Of a stretch of DNA of 35,975 nucleotides, positions 1 through 9,126 are shown piece after piece. The notes below the pieces were generated by a model. That model was not told the DNA's origin, made no database searches, and saw nothing but the letters and a program-made list of their open reading frames with translations. The position numbers and the translations under genes are program-made. The stretch is taken from NCBI GenBank assembly GCA_017483235.1, contig JAFULE010000154.1:1-35975 (forward strand). Reading direction: 5' to 3'. The stretch's first letter is position 1, and every line of letters starts with the position of its first letter. The DNA is from Faecalibacterium sp. (lineage in GTDB: Bacteria > Bacillota > Clostridia > Oscillospirales > Ruminococcaceae).

Positions 1-41
1 ATTTGAACAGCCATATAGAATACAAGGTCAATGCCGAAGGA

Positions 42-149
42 ATTCGCCTACATATACATCATAAGTAGGCGGATTTTTCGCCTATCCGCTTGACATTCGC
101 CTAAAAACAGTCTATGATTAGGTTAAAGACAAGGGGGGTTAGGCGAATG
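42..149. repeat. Five copies of a (AT)TCGCCTA / TAGGCG(AAT) motif around the fic promoter
   Basis: ATTCGCCTA 42-50, TAGGCG 66-71, TTCGCCTA 77-84, CATTCGCCTAA 94-104 and its exact inverse TTAGGCGAATG 139-149. Confidence 0.7.
90..118 (+). promoter_or_regulatory. sigma-70/A promoter of the fic gene
   Basis: TTGACA (90-95), 17 bp spacer, TATGAT (113-118), 28 bp upstream of ATG 147. Confidence 0.75.
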
Positions 150-1202
150 AGAACCTTTGATTATTCTACGCTCCGGAACCAGCAGTGGGATTCGGAGATT
201 CTGGGCCTTGTTGCGCAGATCCATGAGTTTAAGGGGCGGCAGGAACTGTATCTGAAGCAGAAGCCTGCGGTGCTGGAGAAACTGATCGATATCGCGAAGG
301 TGCAAAGCACTGAGGCATCCAATAAAATCGAGGGCATTGTCACCACCAACACCCGTGTGCAGCAGCTTTGCGCGGAGAAAACAACGCCCCGGAATCGTGA
401 CGAAGAAGAGATCATGGGGTATCGGGATGTGCTGAACACTATCCACGAAAGCTATGAGTACATTCCCATCCGGGCGGCTTACATCCTGCAACTGCACCGG
501 GATCTGTACCAATACTCCGAGCGCGGCATCGGCGGCCGGTTCAAGAATACACAGAACTATGTCGCCGCCACCTATCCGGACGGCACACAGAAAGTCCTGT
601 TCACGCCGCTGGCACCCCATGAAACACCGGGTGCGGTCGATGCGATCTGCGAAAGCTTCAACCGGACGATCGACGCCTGTACCATCGATCCGTTGGTGTT
701 GATCCCCATTTTCATTAACGACTTTCTCTGCATCCATCCCTTTAACGACGGCAATGGACGAATGTCCCGCCTGCTGACCACGCTGCTGCTCTACCGCTGC
801 GGCTATGTGGTGGGGCGGTACATCAGCTTGGAGAGCAAGATCGAGAAAACCAAGGAAAAGTACTACGAGGTGCTCGATGTCTGCGGCAACGGCTGGCACG
901 AGGGCGGCAGCGATCCCACACCCTTTGTGAAGTACTTGCTGGGCATCATTCTCTCTGCTTACCGGGATTTCGAAAACCGCGTGGATCTGTTTGACGAAAA
1001 GCTGCCGGCGATCGATTTGGTACGCAGGGCGGTGGACAACAAGATCGGCAGGTTCACCAAGAGCGAGATCATGGAGCTGGTGCCCTCCATCGGTAAGGCG
1101 TCGGTTGAAAACGCCCTGAAGAAGCTGGTCGAGGATGGAATCATCCGGCGGCACGGCAAGGGCAAGGCGACATTCTATACCAGAGCGGATTGCTCTGACT
1201 GA
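147..1202 (+). CDS. Fic family AMPylase (class II, N-terminal inhibitory helix) with C-terminal winged HTH
   Basis: Canonical HPFNDGNGRMSR Fic motif; SNKIEG fits the (S/T)xxxE(G/N) inhibitory motif; C-terminal FTKSEIMELVPSIGKASVENALKKLVEDGIIRRHG is wHTH-like; ATG 147 follows a G-rich RBS and lies downstream of the promoter. Confidence 0.92.
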   Translation: MRTFDYSTLRNQQWDSEILGLVAQIHEFKGRQELYLKQKPAVLEKLIDIAKVQSTEASNKIEGIVTTNTRVQQLCAEKTTPRNRDEEEIMGYRDVLNTIHESYEYIPIRAAYILQLHRDLYQYSERGIGGRFKNTQNYVAATYPDGTQKVLFTPLAPHETPGAVDAICESFNRTIDACTIDPLVLIPIFINDFLCIHPFNDGNGRMSRLLTTLLLYRCGYVVGRYISLESKIEKTKEKYYEVLDVCGNGWHEGGSDPTPFVKYLLGIILSAYRDFENRVDLFDEKLPAIDLVRRAVDNKIGRFTKSEIMELVPSIGKASVENALKKLVEDGIIRRHGKGKATFYTRADCSD

Positions 1203-1222
1203 CAGTGGCTGAAAATGGAAAA

Positions 1223-1262
1223 CGGATTCCCTCTTTTGTGGAAAGGGAATCCGCTTTTTATT
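1223..1262 (+). terminator. Intrinsic terminator after fic
   Basis: CGGATTCCCT...AGGGAATCCG stem followed by CTTTTTATT. Confidence 0.75.
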
Positions 1263-1312
1263 ATGTACAATTTCCGATATACCACCGCAAAGAAGCACGA
1301 AGATATGCGCAA

Positions 1313-2299
1313 TCAGGAATGCGACAGCTCTATTCCACCAATCCACACTCGCAGAATGGAATTTCTCTCATCAATACAACGGTCGGGCCGGCCCTTCCAC
1401 AGCAATAGGTCTGCCCGCTTTCCCGGAGCGATACGGCCCACCGTCGACAGGTCAAATGCCCGTGCTGTGTTTGCGGTAGCCGCGGCCAGCACCTCGGTGG
1501 GGCAAAGCCCGGTTTTTGCCAGAAGAGACAGTTCGTGGTGCAGTGTGTCCCCGTAGCCGACTGCCGGCGCAAAAGAGCCGGAATTGGCATCGGTGCCCGC
1601 CAGAATGGTTGCCCCGTGTCGATGCAGTGTTCGTACAGCCTGTTCTGCGCTGGGATAATGGTGTTCAGCAAAGCCATTGCGGCCACTGCGTGCAAAGGCC
1701 TGCATCATCACAAGGGTTGGCGCAACTGCAATACCCCTTTGCGCAATAAGCTCCGCCAGTGCATCCGGGAAGGGTTCTTTCATTGGCACATGAAGCAGAA
1801 TGTCCGTCCCGGCCCGGACTGCCTGACGCACGGTGGCAACCTCAGTGGCGTGAACTGCCACCTTCAACCCTCGTGCATGGGCAGCCTTGACGATACCGCG
1901 CAGTGCAGGCTCCCCAATGGAAAGCGGATGAAACAGCAGCACCTTGATGTAGTTCGCCCTCCGGCTGACAGCCCGCTTTACAAAGCCCTTGGGATTGGGC
2001 ACGATACCCATCGCCATACCGCCGGAGGAAATGATCCGGAGCGGTCGAACCTGATCCGAAAGCCCGGCAGGGGCACTGACATCGCACACCGTGGTGATTC
2101 CATGCTGCAGCAAAGCTTGTGCCTGCGCGGCACTTTCCATGTGAACATGTGCATCGATCAGACCGGGCATTAGAAAACCTTCGCCGCATTCTGCCGGATC
2201 GCAAGCCTCAATTGAGGTAACAAACCCGTTTTCCATGGTAACGGCGGCACTGTCCCACACTCGTTCGCCATCGAAACAGGGATATTTCAGTACTGTCAT
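1313..2299 (-). CDS. Metal-dependent amidohydrolase (Amidohydro_1, TIM barrel)
   Basis: LMPGLIDAHVH, VAVHA, LLHV, AGTDA and GRIAPGKRADLLL motifs; ATG 2299 overlaps the upstream stop (ATGA). Confidence 0.85.
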   Translation of the reverse strand: MTVLKYPCFDGERVWDSAAVTMENGFVTSIEACDPAECGEGFLMPGLIDAHVHMESAAQAQALLQHGITTVCDVSAPAGLSDQVRPLRIISSGGMAMGIVPNPKGFVKRAVSRRANYIKVLLFHPLSIGEPALRGIVKAAHARGLKVAVHATEVATVRQAVRAGTDILLHVPMKEPFPDALAELIAQRGIAVAPTLVMMQAFARSGRNGFAEHHYPSAEQAVRTLHRHGATILAGTDANSGSFAPAVGYGDTLHHELSLLAKTGLCPTEVLAAATANTARAFDLSTVGRIAPGKRADLLLWKGRPDRCIDERNSILRVWIGGIELSHS

Positions 2300-2727
2300 T
2301 CCGGTTTCTCCACGTTCAGCAGTTCGCTGTATTTCATCACAACACCAAACAGATTGCACATGACCAGATAATTCGAACGGATGACCACCCGATCGCCCGC
2401 CTTTACCGTCTGCAGCACATCCGGGGTGGGAAAGATGCAGTGCACGCAGCACCGACCACCTGCAGCATCCGAAAGCTGAACGGTAGGCAGGTCGTGAATA
2501 TCCCGTCCGACCCAGATGACGATACCGGTTACATCGAACCGCTTGTCTTCGTAACGCCGCAGACTTTCGTCCAGGTGTTCCTCAAACTGCCGACAGAGCA
2601 CCGCCGCCTCGAACGGAGCAGTCTGACCCTCCAGCATGGGGCTTGGTCTGGTCTGAATGCGACGGGTCTTCATCGGAGAGGGATGGTGTGGATAAAATTG
2701 AATGTTGTCAGGAAAAGAACCGCTCAT
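2296..2727 (-). CDS. Small OB-fold protein (tRNA_anti-like), function unknown
   Basis: AAAGGA RBS before ATG 2727; RYEDKRFDVTGIV...VKAGDRVVIR pattern resembles tRNA_anti-like OB folds; coupled to the downstream gene. Confidence 0.6.
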   Translation of the reverse strand: MSGSFPDNIQFYPHHPSPMKTRRIQTRPSPMLEGQTAPFEAAVLCRQFEEHLDESLRRYEDKRFDVTGIVIWVGRDIHDLPTVQLSDAAGGRCCVHCIFPTPDVLQTVKAGDRVVIRSNYLVMCNLFGVVMKYSELLNVEKPE

Positions 2728-2794
2728 GAGAAATCGTCCTTTCTGCTGGAAAATGGTTGATTCAATGGGTCGCCGACAACGCACCTGTCTGTTG

Positions 2795-3775
2795 TTACAG
2801 TACCGTGTAGCGCACGATGCCGTTTTCCCGCAGAGCTTTCACCTGCCCCAGCGCAAGCAGATGTTCCAGATGGGCAACGGTTTCACCTACAGCAAACCAT
2901 TTTTGTGCGACCGGGAACTCCTCCCAGTTTCGTGCGCGGATCCTCCAGGTCATTTTTCCGGCCAGTTCGTAGGCGGTGAGGCCCGGCTGCTGACGCAAAA
3001 TACGCATTGTTTCGTCCAGTCGCCGCTCGTGATGCAGCAGCAGAGCGTCCACCCGGGCGTTCAGTTCGCCTCGTCCCCGATGAGCAGGCAGTGCCAGAGT
3101 CACCGGATATTCCCGGATTTTTTGAAGGCTTTGCAGATACGTCCCCAACGCGTCCGGAAACCCGTTCCATGCAGTGATGTTGGGGCTGATGTCGAACAGC
3201 ACATGGTCGCCCAGAAACATTACGCCTTCGTTTTCCATCCAGAAGCACATATGCCCCGGTGTGTGCCCCGGTGTCAGCACCGCACACAGTCGATAACCGC
3301 CTACTTCCAGAACATCACCGTCCTGCAGGCGGATGTGCGGGGTGTTGCGGGGTGGGGCCATGGCATAGGCGGCGTTTCCCTGCCATAGTCCATCCACCAG
3401 AGACCGCGGAAAGCCCTGCGCAGTCATGTTCGCCTTGGCGGTGCGCCAGTAATCGTCCCACACCTGCTGAGACTGGAACATATAGTTGTCCCGTCCGCTG
3501 ATGTAGATGGTACCGTGTTCCCCTGCCGCTTCGGCACACAGGCCGGTATGATCGGAATGCAGATGGGTCAGCAGAACGTCCACATCGCCGGGCTGCAGCC
3601 CCAGCTCGGCCAGCTGCGCAAACAATGCCTGCCGACAGTCTTCGCATCGGAAGCCGGTGTCGATCAGCAGGTTTCGTTCCTTGCCTTTGATCAGGTAGGT
3701 GTTCAGTTCTTTCAGTGGGTTTCCGGTCAGCGGTACCGGCAGACGGTAGATGTTTTTGAGGATCTCTTCAGGCAT
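2795..3775 (-). CDS. MBL-fold metallo-hydrolase with C-terminal winged-helix-like domain
   Basis: LLIDTG, THLHSDH (HxHxDH), TPGHTPGH, LGDH, LPAH motifs; AGAGGG RBS. Confidence 0.9.
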   Translation of the reverse strand: MPEEILKNIYRLPVPLTGNPLKELNTYLIKGKERNLLIDTGFRCEDCRQALFAQLAELGLQPGDVDVLLTHLHSDHTGLCAEAAGEHGTIYISGRDNYMFQSQQVWDDYWRTAKANMTAQGFPRSLVDGLWQGNAAYAMAPPRNTPHIRLQDGDVLEVGGYRLCAVLTPGHTPGHMCFWMENEGVMFLGDHVLFDISPNITAWNGFPDALGTYLQSLQKIREYPVTLALPAHRGRGELNARVDALLLHHERRLDETMRILRQQPGLTAYELAGKMTWRIRARNWEEFPVAQKWFAVGETVAHLEHLLALGQVKALRENGIVRYTVL

Positions 3776-3856
3776 TGTACCCCTCTTTTCGCAGAGAAAA
3801 GCATTTGAGCTCGTCCATACCGCAAGGCACAGAAAAAAACGCTGCGCTTTTTACTC

Positions 3857-3886
3857 AGTGTATCAAAACACTCGGCATGCGGTCAA
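3857..3886 (-). promoter_or_regulatory. Possible internal promoter for the MBL / OB-fold / amidohydrolase genes
   Basis: Minus strand TTGACC, 18 bp spacer, TG-A-TACACT (extended -10). Confidence 0.45.
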
Positions 3887-3910
3887 CAGAACCGGATCTT
3901 CGGACGACAT

Positions 3911-4903
3911 TTACAATCGGAACACCTTTTCCGCATTGCGGAAAGCGATCTTTTCCTTATCCTCCTGACGAAGCGGAGCATTTTCCAAAAAGGCGCGTGC
4001 GCCGGCGTTGGGGATGAACGGATAGTCCACCGAGAACATCACCCGGTCGGCCCCCAACAGTTCGATAATATACTTGAGCTGCGCGTTGGAGAACATGCCG
4101 CTTGGGGTAACATAGATGTTGCTCTGATAATATTCCGGAATTTCCTTCTGCAGTCCGGTGATCTGTTTGGGCATGGCTTCCTGCAGACGCTCCAGATACC
4201 AGGGCACCATCTCGCCCCAGTGGCCCGACACGATGGTCAGATCAGGGTGGCGATCGAACACGCCGCCCAGAATCATGCGCAGCACCTGTACGCCGCCGTC
4301 AGCATGCCAGCCCCAGCCGGCACAGGCAAACCGGGTGCTGACCATATCCGAAAAGCCCTCGTAGCACACATCAGCGACCTCTCGCGGAGGAAAGCCGGGG
4401 TGCAGATACAGCGGAACACCCAGCGCTTCGGCACGGGCCAGAAGCGGTTCGAAAACAGGATCGTCAAGAAACTTGCCGGCGGTGCGGCCGAACAGGTTAG
4501 CGCCCCGGAAGCCGTATTCTTTTACCGTGCGCTCCAGCTCATCAGCGGCGGCGGTCGGGTCGATGGTAGGCAGCGAAGCAAAGCCGTAAAACCGGCCCGG
4601 ATGCTGCGCAACAGCAGCTGCCAGCTTATCGTTTGCCGCCCGACAGATCGGCACCGCCTCGGGGGTGACGATCAACTGGGTAGAATTCGAGGACAAAATC
4701 TGCACATCAATGCCATTGGCATCCATGTCGGCAATGCGCCCTGCAGCGATATCCTGCATCGAACCGGGTACCGGCACATGAGGCAGCGGCCAGGCATTGG
4801 CATAAGAGGAATGAAAGTGCGGACAAAGAATGTCCTGCTCGGCTTTGCCGCCGGCACCAATTTCGGGGAAGCCAAAGTGTTCTTCTACAGCGATTATTTT
4901 CAT
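3911..4903 (-). CDS. Amidohydrolase-2 family protein (ACMSD / aromatic carboxylate decarboxylase-like)
   Basis: N-terminal IAVEEH, LYLHP, GHWGE, FSVDYPF motifs; AAGGAG RBS before ATG 4903. Confidence 0.88.
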   Translation of the reverse strand: MKIIAVEEHFGFPEIGAGGKAEQDILCPHFHSSYANAWPLPHVPVPGSMQDIAAGRIADMDANGIDVQILSSNSTQLIVTPEAVPICRAANDKLAAAVAQHPGRFYGFASLPTIDPTAAADELERTVKEYGFRGANLFGRTAGKFLDDPVFEPLLARAEALGVPLYLHPGFPPREVADVCYEGFSDMVSTRFACAGWGWHADGGVQVLRMILGGVFDRHPDLTIVSGHWGEMVPWYLERLQEAMPKQITGLQKEIPEYYQSNIYVTPSGMFSNAQLKYIIELLGADRVMFSVDYPFIPNAGARAFLENAPLRQEDKEKIAFRNAEKVFRL

Positions 4904-5001
4904 GGTTATCAACTCCTTACAGGTGGAAATCAAAGAGCGCCCCGGAGCGCTGTGCCCCGGGGCGTTCCGCGAAGAGAAAGGAGAATGGGAGAAAGAAAAT
5001 T

Positions 5002-6573
5002 TCAGCAATCCTTAAATGTTAACCCCATTTTTTCCGGGTTGAAGATTCGTGCATCCATCAACTTCAGCTCGGGCGAGATCAGCGGGCGGAACTCCATATT
5101 GGCAAGGATATCCTTTTCTACATCCACGCCCGGGGCAACCTCCACCAGCATCATGCCGTCCTTGGTCAGCTGGAACACTGCACGCTCGGTAATGTACAGC
5201 ACCTCCTGGCCGGATTCGACCGCGTAGCGACCGGAGAAGGTGATCTGCTCCACCTTTTTGCGGAACTTCTTCTGCCGGCCTTCCTGTACGATCTTCATCT
5301 TTCCGTCGCCAAACTCGCACTCCAGACCGCCTGCGGTAAAGGTAGCCATAAAGTACATCCGTTTGGTATTCTGAGAAATGTTCACAAAACCACCCGGGCC
5401 AACAATCTTGCCGCCAAACTTGGAAACATTGACGTTGCCCTCCTCGTCTACCTCGGCAAAGCTGAGGTACGAGCAATCCAGCAGGCCGCCGTCATACACA
5501 TCAAAGGTCGAAGACAGCTTGTAGGTCGCCTCGGCGTTGACACCGGTACCCATGCGCGGGCCGCTGAGCGGAATGCCGCCGAAGATGCCGGTTTCGATGG
5601 TCAGGGTAAAATCGGTCAGACCTTCTTCGTTGGCTACCAGCGAAACACCATCCGAGATGCCAAGGCCCAGATTGACCAGAGAGCCCTTGGCCAGCTCCAT
5701 TGCGCCACGGCGGGCAACGACCTTGCGGATGCCCATCTCCATCGGGGCAATGGCGCTTCCGGGCACCCTGACCCGGTTCAGCAGCTCGGGCCGGTACTGG
5801 TAATCGGCGTAGGTGAAGGGGTGCTCTTCGGGGGTGCCCACCACAATGTAGTCCACAAGACGGTTGTAGATGTCCACATCTTTGGGAGCAATGCTGCCGT
5901 TGGCCACGATCTTGGATACCTGAGCGATGACGATGCCGCCGTTGTTGTGTACGGCCTGCGCCATCTCGACCTGTTCGGCAGGCAGCACCTCGTTCTGCAT
6001 GGTAATGTTGCCGGACTCATCTGCATAGCTGCCGCGGATGATGCAGGCATCCATGTGCAGGGTGCGGTAGAACAGATACTCTTTGCCATCGATGGTGATG
6101 ACCGATACCAGCTCTTCAGGGTCCTCCTTGGCCTTGGGGTTCATCTTGCCGCCTTCGTTGCGGGGGTCCACAAAGGTGTACTTGCCCACATGGGTGATGA
6201 TGCCGGGCTTGTGGCCGGTCTGTGCACGGAACAGATGTCCGAAGATGCCCATGGGGAAGATGTAAACGCCTACCTTGTTGGCGGCGGCCAGCCGCTCGAT
6301 GCTGGGCGAGTTGCCCACGCGGGAGGTGTAGATCTTAGAGATCAGTCCCTCGATGCCAATGGCGGTCATGCCGTACCCATTTTCTTTTTTGTCGCCGCTG
6401 ATGGTGGGAGCGACGATGGAAAGATTTTTGGGGGTGTTGTTCTCGGTGTAACTTTTGCCGATGGCCCGCAGTACCGCATCGGCAGCACCGGAGGTGGAAA
6501 AGCCGCCGATGCCGATGCGCATATTGTCTTTGATGTGACTGGCAGCTTCAGCTGCGGTAACAAACTTAGGCAT
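5002..6573 (-). CDS. Family I acyl-CoA:carboxylate CoA-transferase (YdiF / propionate CoA-transferase type, fused alpha-beta)
   Basis: THVGKYTFVDPRNEGG, VNLGLGI, TIETG (catalytic Glu), GNVNVSKF, GPGGFVNISQ, YITERAVF motifs; AGGAGG RBS. Confidence 0.92.
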   Translation of the reverse strand: MPKFVTAAEAASHIKDNMRIGIGGFSTSGAADAVLRAIGKSYTENNTPKNLSIVAPTISGDKKENGYGMTAIGIEGLISKIYTSRVGNSPSIERLAAANKVGVYIFPMGIFGHLFRAQTGHKPGIITHVGKYTFVDPRNEGGKMNPKAKEDPEELVSVITIDGKEYLFYRTLHMDACIIRGSYADESGNITMQNEVLPAEQVEMAQAVHNNGGIVIAQVSKIVANGSIAPKDVDIYNRLVDYIVVGTPEEHPFTYADYQYRPELLNRVRVPGSAIAPMEMGIRKVVARRGAMELAKGSLVNLGLGISDGVSLVANEEGLTDFTLTIETGIFGGIPLSGPRMGTGVNAEATYKLSSTFDVYDGGLLDCSYLSFAEVDEEGNVNVSKFGGKIVGPGGFVNISQNTKRMYFMATFTAGGLECEFGDGKMKIVQEGRQKKFRKKVEQITFSGRYAVESGQEVLYITERAVFQLTKDGMMLVEVAPGVDVEKDILANMEFRPLISPELKLMDARIFNPEKMGLTFKDC

Positions 6574-6585
6574 AGGACCTCCTGA

Positions 6586-7782
6586 TTACTTGGTAGCGGC
6601 TTCCTTTTTGACGATGACGCTGTGGTTCTTCAGCCAGGGCTGCAGCAGCTTGTCGTTCAGCAGGTACAGCAGAATGGCCAGGATGGAGCTGACGATGACC
6701 AGAGCGATGAACACGACTTTCAGATCCTGGATGAAGCGGCCCAGCAGCATCATAGTGGGATAGTGGACGATGTAGAAGTACAGAGCCAGCTTGCCGGGGA
6801 ACTCCCAGATCTTCATGTTCATGAAATGGGTAAAACCATCTTTATTCAGCAGCAGCAGGAAGGTGAAAGGAATGGATAGCAGATAGATGGAGGAGAAGGA
6901 GATGTCCAGACCGATGCTGGCAGTGTAGGGAGTCCAGGTGCGGTAGACAAAGAAGATGCCCATCGCAGTCTGGATGATGGTCAAAAATACGGTAAATCCC
7001 TTGGTAAATTCCACATCCTTCAGTTTGTTGACCCCCTTCCACATCAGAGCACCAACAGACATCAGGCAGATCATCTTCAGCAGACCGCAGTTCAGCATAA
7101 AGCTGCCAACGGTATCGTAGTACAGCCACATGGGATCGGTGCCGCCCAGATGATGGGTCGCAAACAACACCGCAGTAGCCACCGGAGTGACCAGACCAAG
7201 GTACAGCTCCTCGTTCCAGGCAATGGCGTAGTATACGATGTAGCCGGCAATAAAGATGGCAGAGATAAACCACAGCGGGGCGTTCAGCATCAGCGAACCG
7301 GCGCTTCCGGTCACGCCCAGCTCAACATTGCCAACATAATTGTTTCCGATGCCGATACCGGTGATCTGGATACCAACCAGTTCCGGCAGGGTGTTCAGAA
7401 TAAACACGGGCAGCTCGGCCAGGGTGGTGCCAAAGCGCTTGCTCATCACGAACATACCCATCAGGGTGCCAATGATGTAAACGGGCCACAGCGCCTTGAC
7501 ACGGCTCCACAGGTAGGTGGCGGCCTGTACCGAGGGGGCGGGCATGGCCACGCCGGCAGCAGCAGCCTTCTTTTTCTTGGACTGATAGCCCTGCATCAAA
7601 AAGTAGCCGGAAAAGGCCATAAAGGGCAGCATGCAGTCCAGCGCCCACATATGAGCCGGCTTCTGACCGCGGGTCGTGGGCAGAACCTGCCATACGTGGA
7701 TGGCGGCAAAGCTCAGACAGAACATCATGCGATAAAACTCAACAGCATAATTGCGTTGTTTTGCAGGAGCAGCGGATTTCAC
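6586..7782 (-). CDS. Acyltransferase-3 (AT3/OafA-like) integral membrane protein
   Basis: Multiple hydrophobic segments; RNYAVEFYR followed by R-X10-H (RMMFCLSFAAIH), FMAFSGY, PLWFIS, LYFYIVHYP; GTG start 7782 after AAGGAGG. Confidence 0.75.
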   Translation of the reverse strand: MKSAAPAKQRNYAVEFYRMMFCLSFAAIHVWQVLPTTRGQKPAHMWALDCMLPFMAFSGYFLMQGYQSKKKKAAAAGVAMPAPSVQAATYLWSRVKALWPVYIIGTLMGMFVMSKRFGTTLAELPVFILNTLPELVGIQITGIGIGNNYVGNVELGVTGSAGSLMLNAPLWFISAIFIAGYIVYYAIAWNEELYLGLVTPVATAVLFATHHLGGTDPMWLYYDTVGSFMLNCGLLKMICLMSVGALMWKGVNKLKDVEFTKGFTVFLTIIQTAMGIFFVYRTWTPYTASIGLDISFSSIYLLSIPFTFLLLLNKDGFTHFMNMKIWEFPGKLALYFYIVHYPTMMLLGRFIQDLKVVFIALVIVSSILAILLYLLNDKLLQPWLKNHSVIVKKEAATK

Positions 7783-7812
7783 AACGAATTCCTCCTTTTT
7801 TCTCAGGATGAA

Positions 7813-7977
7813 GTTTCTTATTGAGAAACCGATGTGCACCTCGGTTTCTCTCTTGGTGCAAAAATACACCAAATCGCCTAGTTGTGTCAATTCTGTGTTT
7901 CTAAATTCGTTATATTTTACGAGAATGAAAGGCGGATTCCCAGCAATACGACGAAGGAAAATTTCTCTATCAGAAAC
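7813..7977. promoter_or_regulatory. Two candidate IclR operators, TTTCT-N5-AGAAA
   Basis: GTTTCTTATTGAGAAAC (7813-7829) and TTTCTCTATCAGAAA (7962-7976) in the divergent intergenic region. Confidence 0.55.
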
Positions 7978-7980
7978 TCG

Positions 7981-8009
7981 TTGCGGCAACTGCTTTTTTT
8001 TGATATACT
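7981..8009 (+). promoter_or_regulatory. Promoter of the IclR gene
   Basis: TTGCGG, 17 bp spacer, TG-A-TATACT. Confidence 0.6.
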
Positions 8010-8038
8010 GGCGTCAGAACACTTCCAAGGAGAATGTC

Positions 8039-8833
8039 ATGTCACAGAAAGAAAACGATAAAAAATATCTGCTCAAATCGCTGAACAAGGCGCTGAAGGT
8101 GCTGGATATCATCACGGTGCGAGAGGAGCTGACCCTGACCGAGATCTGTTCGATCACCGGGCTGGATAAAACCAGTGCATTCAAGATCCTTTACACGTTA
8201 GAGCGCCGCGGATTTGTTCTGAAGACACCGGATCTGCACTACCGGGTGGGTGACAAGATCGCTCACTATGACAATCGCCGGTCCGAGCGCAAAAACATCG
8301 TGGATGTGGCCACAGAACCGATCCGCTCACTTTGCGTTTCCACCAAAGAAACCGTCTCTCTGGCGATTCTGAACTCCAACGGCCGCAGCATCAACATTTA
8401 TGTTGAGGTAGGCAGTTCTGCAGATCATGTTCCCTCGCGGATCGGTATGGAGCTGGATGCCTATTCGGTTCCGGTAGGCAAAGTGCTTTTGGCCTATACC
8501 TCGCCGCAGATCGTTCAGACGATTCTGCAGAGCGCACCGCTGCGCGCTTACACCTCCTCCACCATCTCTACGGCTGCGCAGCTGTATCAGGTGCTGGACG
8601 AAGTGCGTACCCAGGGCTACTGTACCGACAGCAACCAGCGTTATGACGGCCGCAGCTCGCTGGCTGCTCCTATTTTCGATCACAACGGCGAGTGCATTGC
8701 TGCTGTAGCTTTGGTCTGCACCACCGAAACCTTTCTTCAGAAGCAGGAACTCTTTTTGGAAAAAATTCGCCGGACAGCTGCACGCATTTCAGCTGATATG
8801 GGCTATACCGACGCGCAGGAAAGTGAATACTGA
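8039..8833 (+). CDS. IclR family transcriptional regulator
   Basis: SLNKALKVLDII...LDKTSAFKILYTLERRGFV HTH; GKVLLAY, VRTQGY, LAAPIFD effector-domain motifs; AAGGAG RBS. Confidence 0.93.
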   Translation: MSQKENDKKYLLKSLNKALKVLDIITVREELTLTEICSITGLDKTSAFKILYTLERRGFVLKTPDLHYRVGDKIAHYDNRRSERKNIVDVATEPIRSLCVSTKETVSLAILNSNGRSINIYVEVGSSADHVPSRIGMELDAYSVPVGKVLLAYTSPQIVQTILQSAPLRAYTSSTISTAAQLYQVLDEVRTQGYCTDSNQRYDGRSSLAAPIFDHNGECIAAVALVCTTETFLQKQELFLEKIRRTAARISADMGYTDAQESEY

Positions 8834-8938
8834 CGTTCTGCGGCGAAGCTGTGATCTCTCGCTGCGTCGTACCACGTTCCATCTTTTTTTAGGATCGCCG
8901 GCAGCAACTCCTGAATAGGTGTGTAATTCTTATGCGAC

Positions 8939-8984
8939 ATAGCACCCCCTGTGTAGTTTGATTCTTCTGCACAGGGGGTACTAT
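8939..8984. terminator. Hairpin, likely terminator between convergent genes
   Basis: ATAGCACCCCCTGTG...CACAGGGGGTACTAT inverted repeat. Confidence 0.6.
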
Positions 8985-9126
8985 TATCCGTTTTTACTGA
9001 ATCTGTTTACCGCTGACCGTATAGGGACTTGTTCTGCAAACAGAAACGAATGAGAAAACCGCGTAAGAGGAAATGTAAACAGAAGGTGTTGGTGACCAAA
9101 GCTTTTTGAGAGATCGATCCGCTCGC

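Noticed and set aside
1-68. Possible 3' end of an upstream CDS (…LNSHIEYKVNAEGIRLHIHHK*, stop 66-68)
   Set aside because: Too short to support or identify
7751-8038. Long N-terminal extensions in the ORF track (IclR from 7751, AT3 from 7989, also 2452, 5008, 16137, 30450, 34895)
   Set aside because: Downstream starts have clear RBSs and match family N-termini; the extensions run through promoters or neighbouring genes
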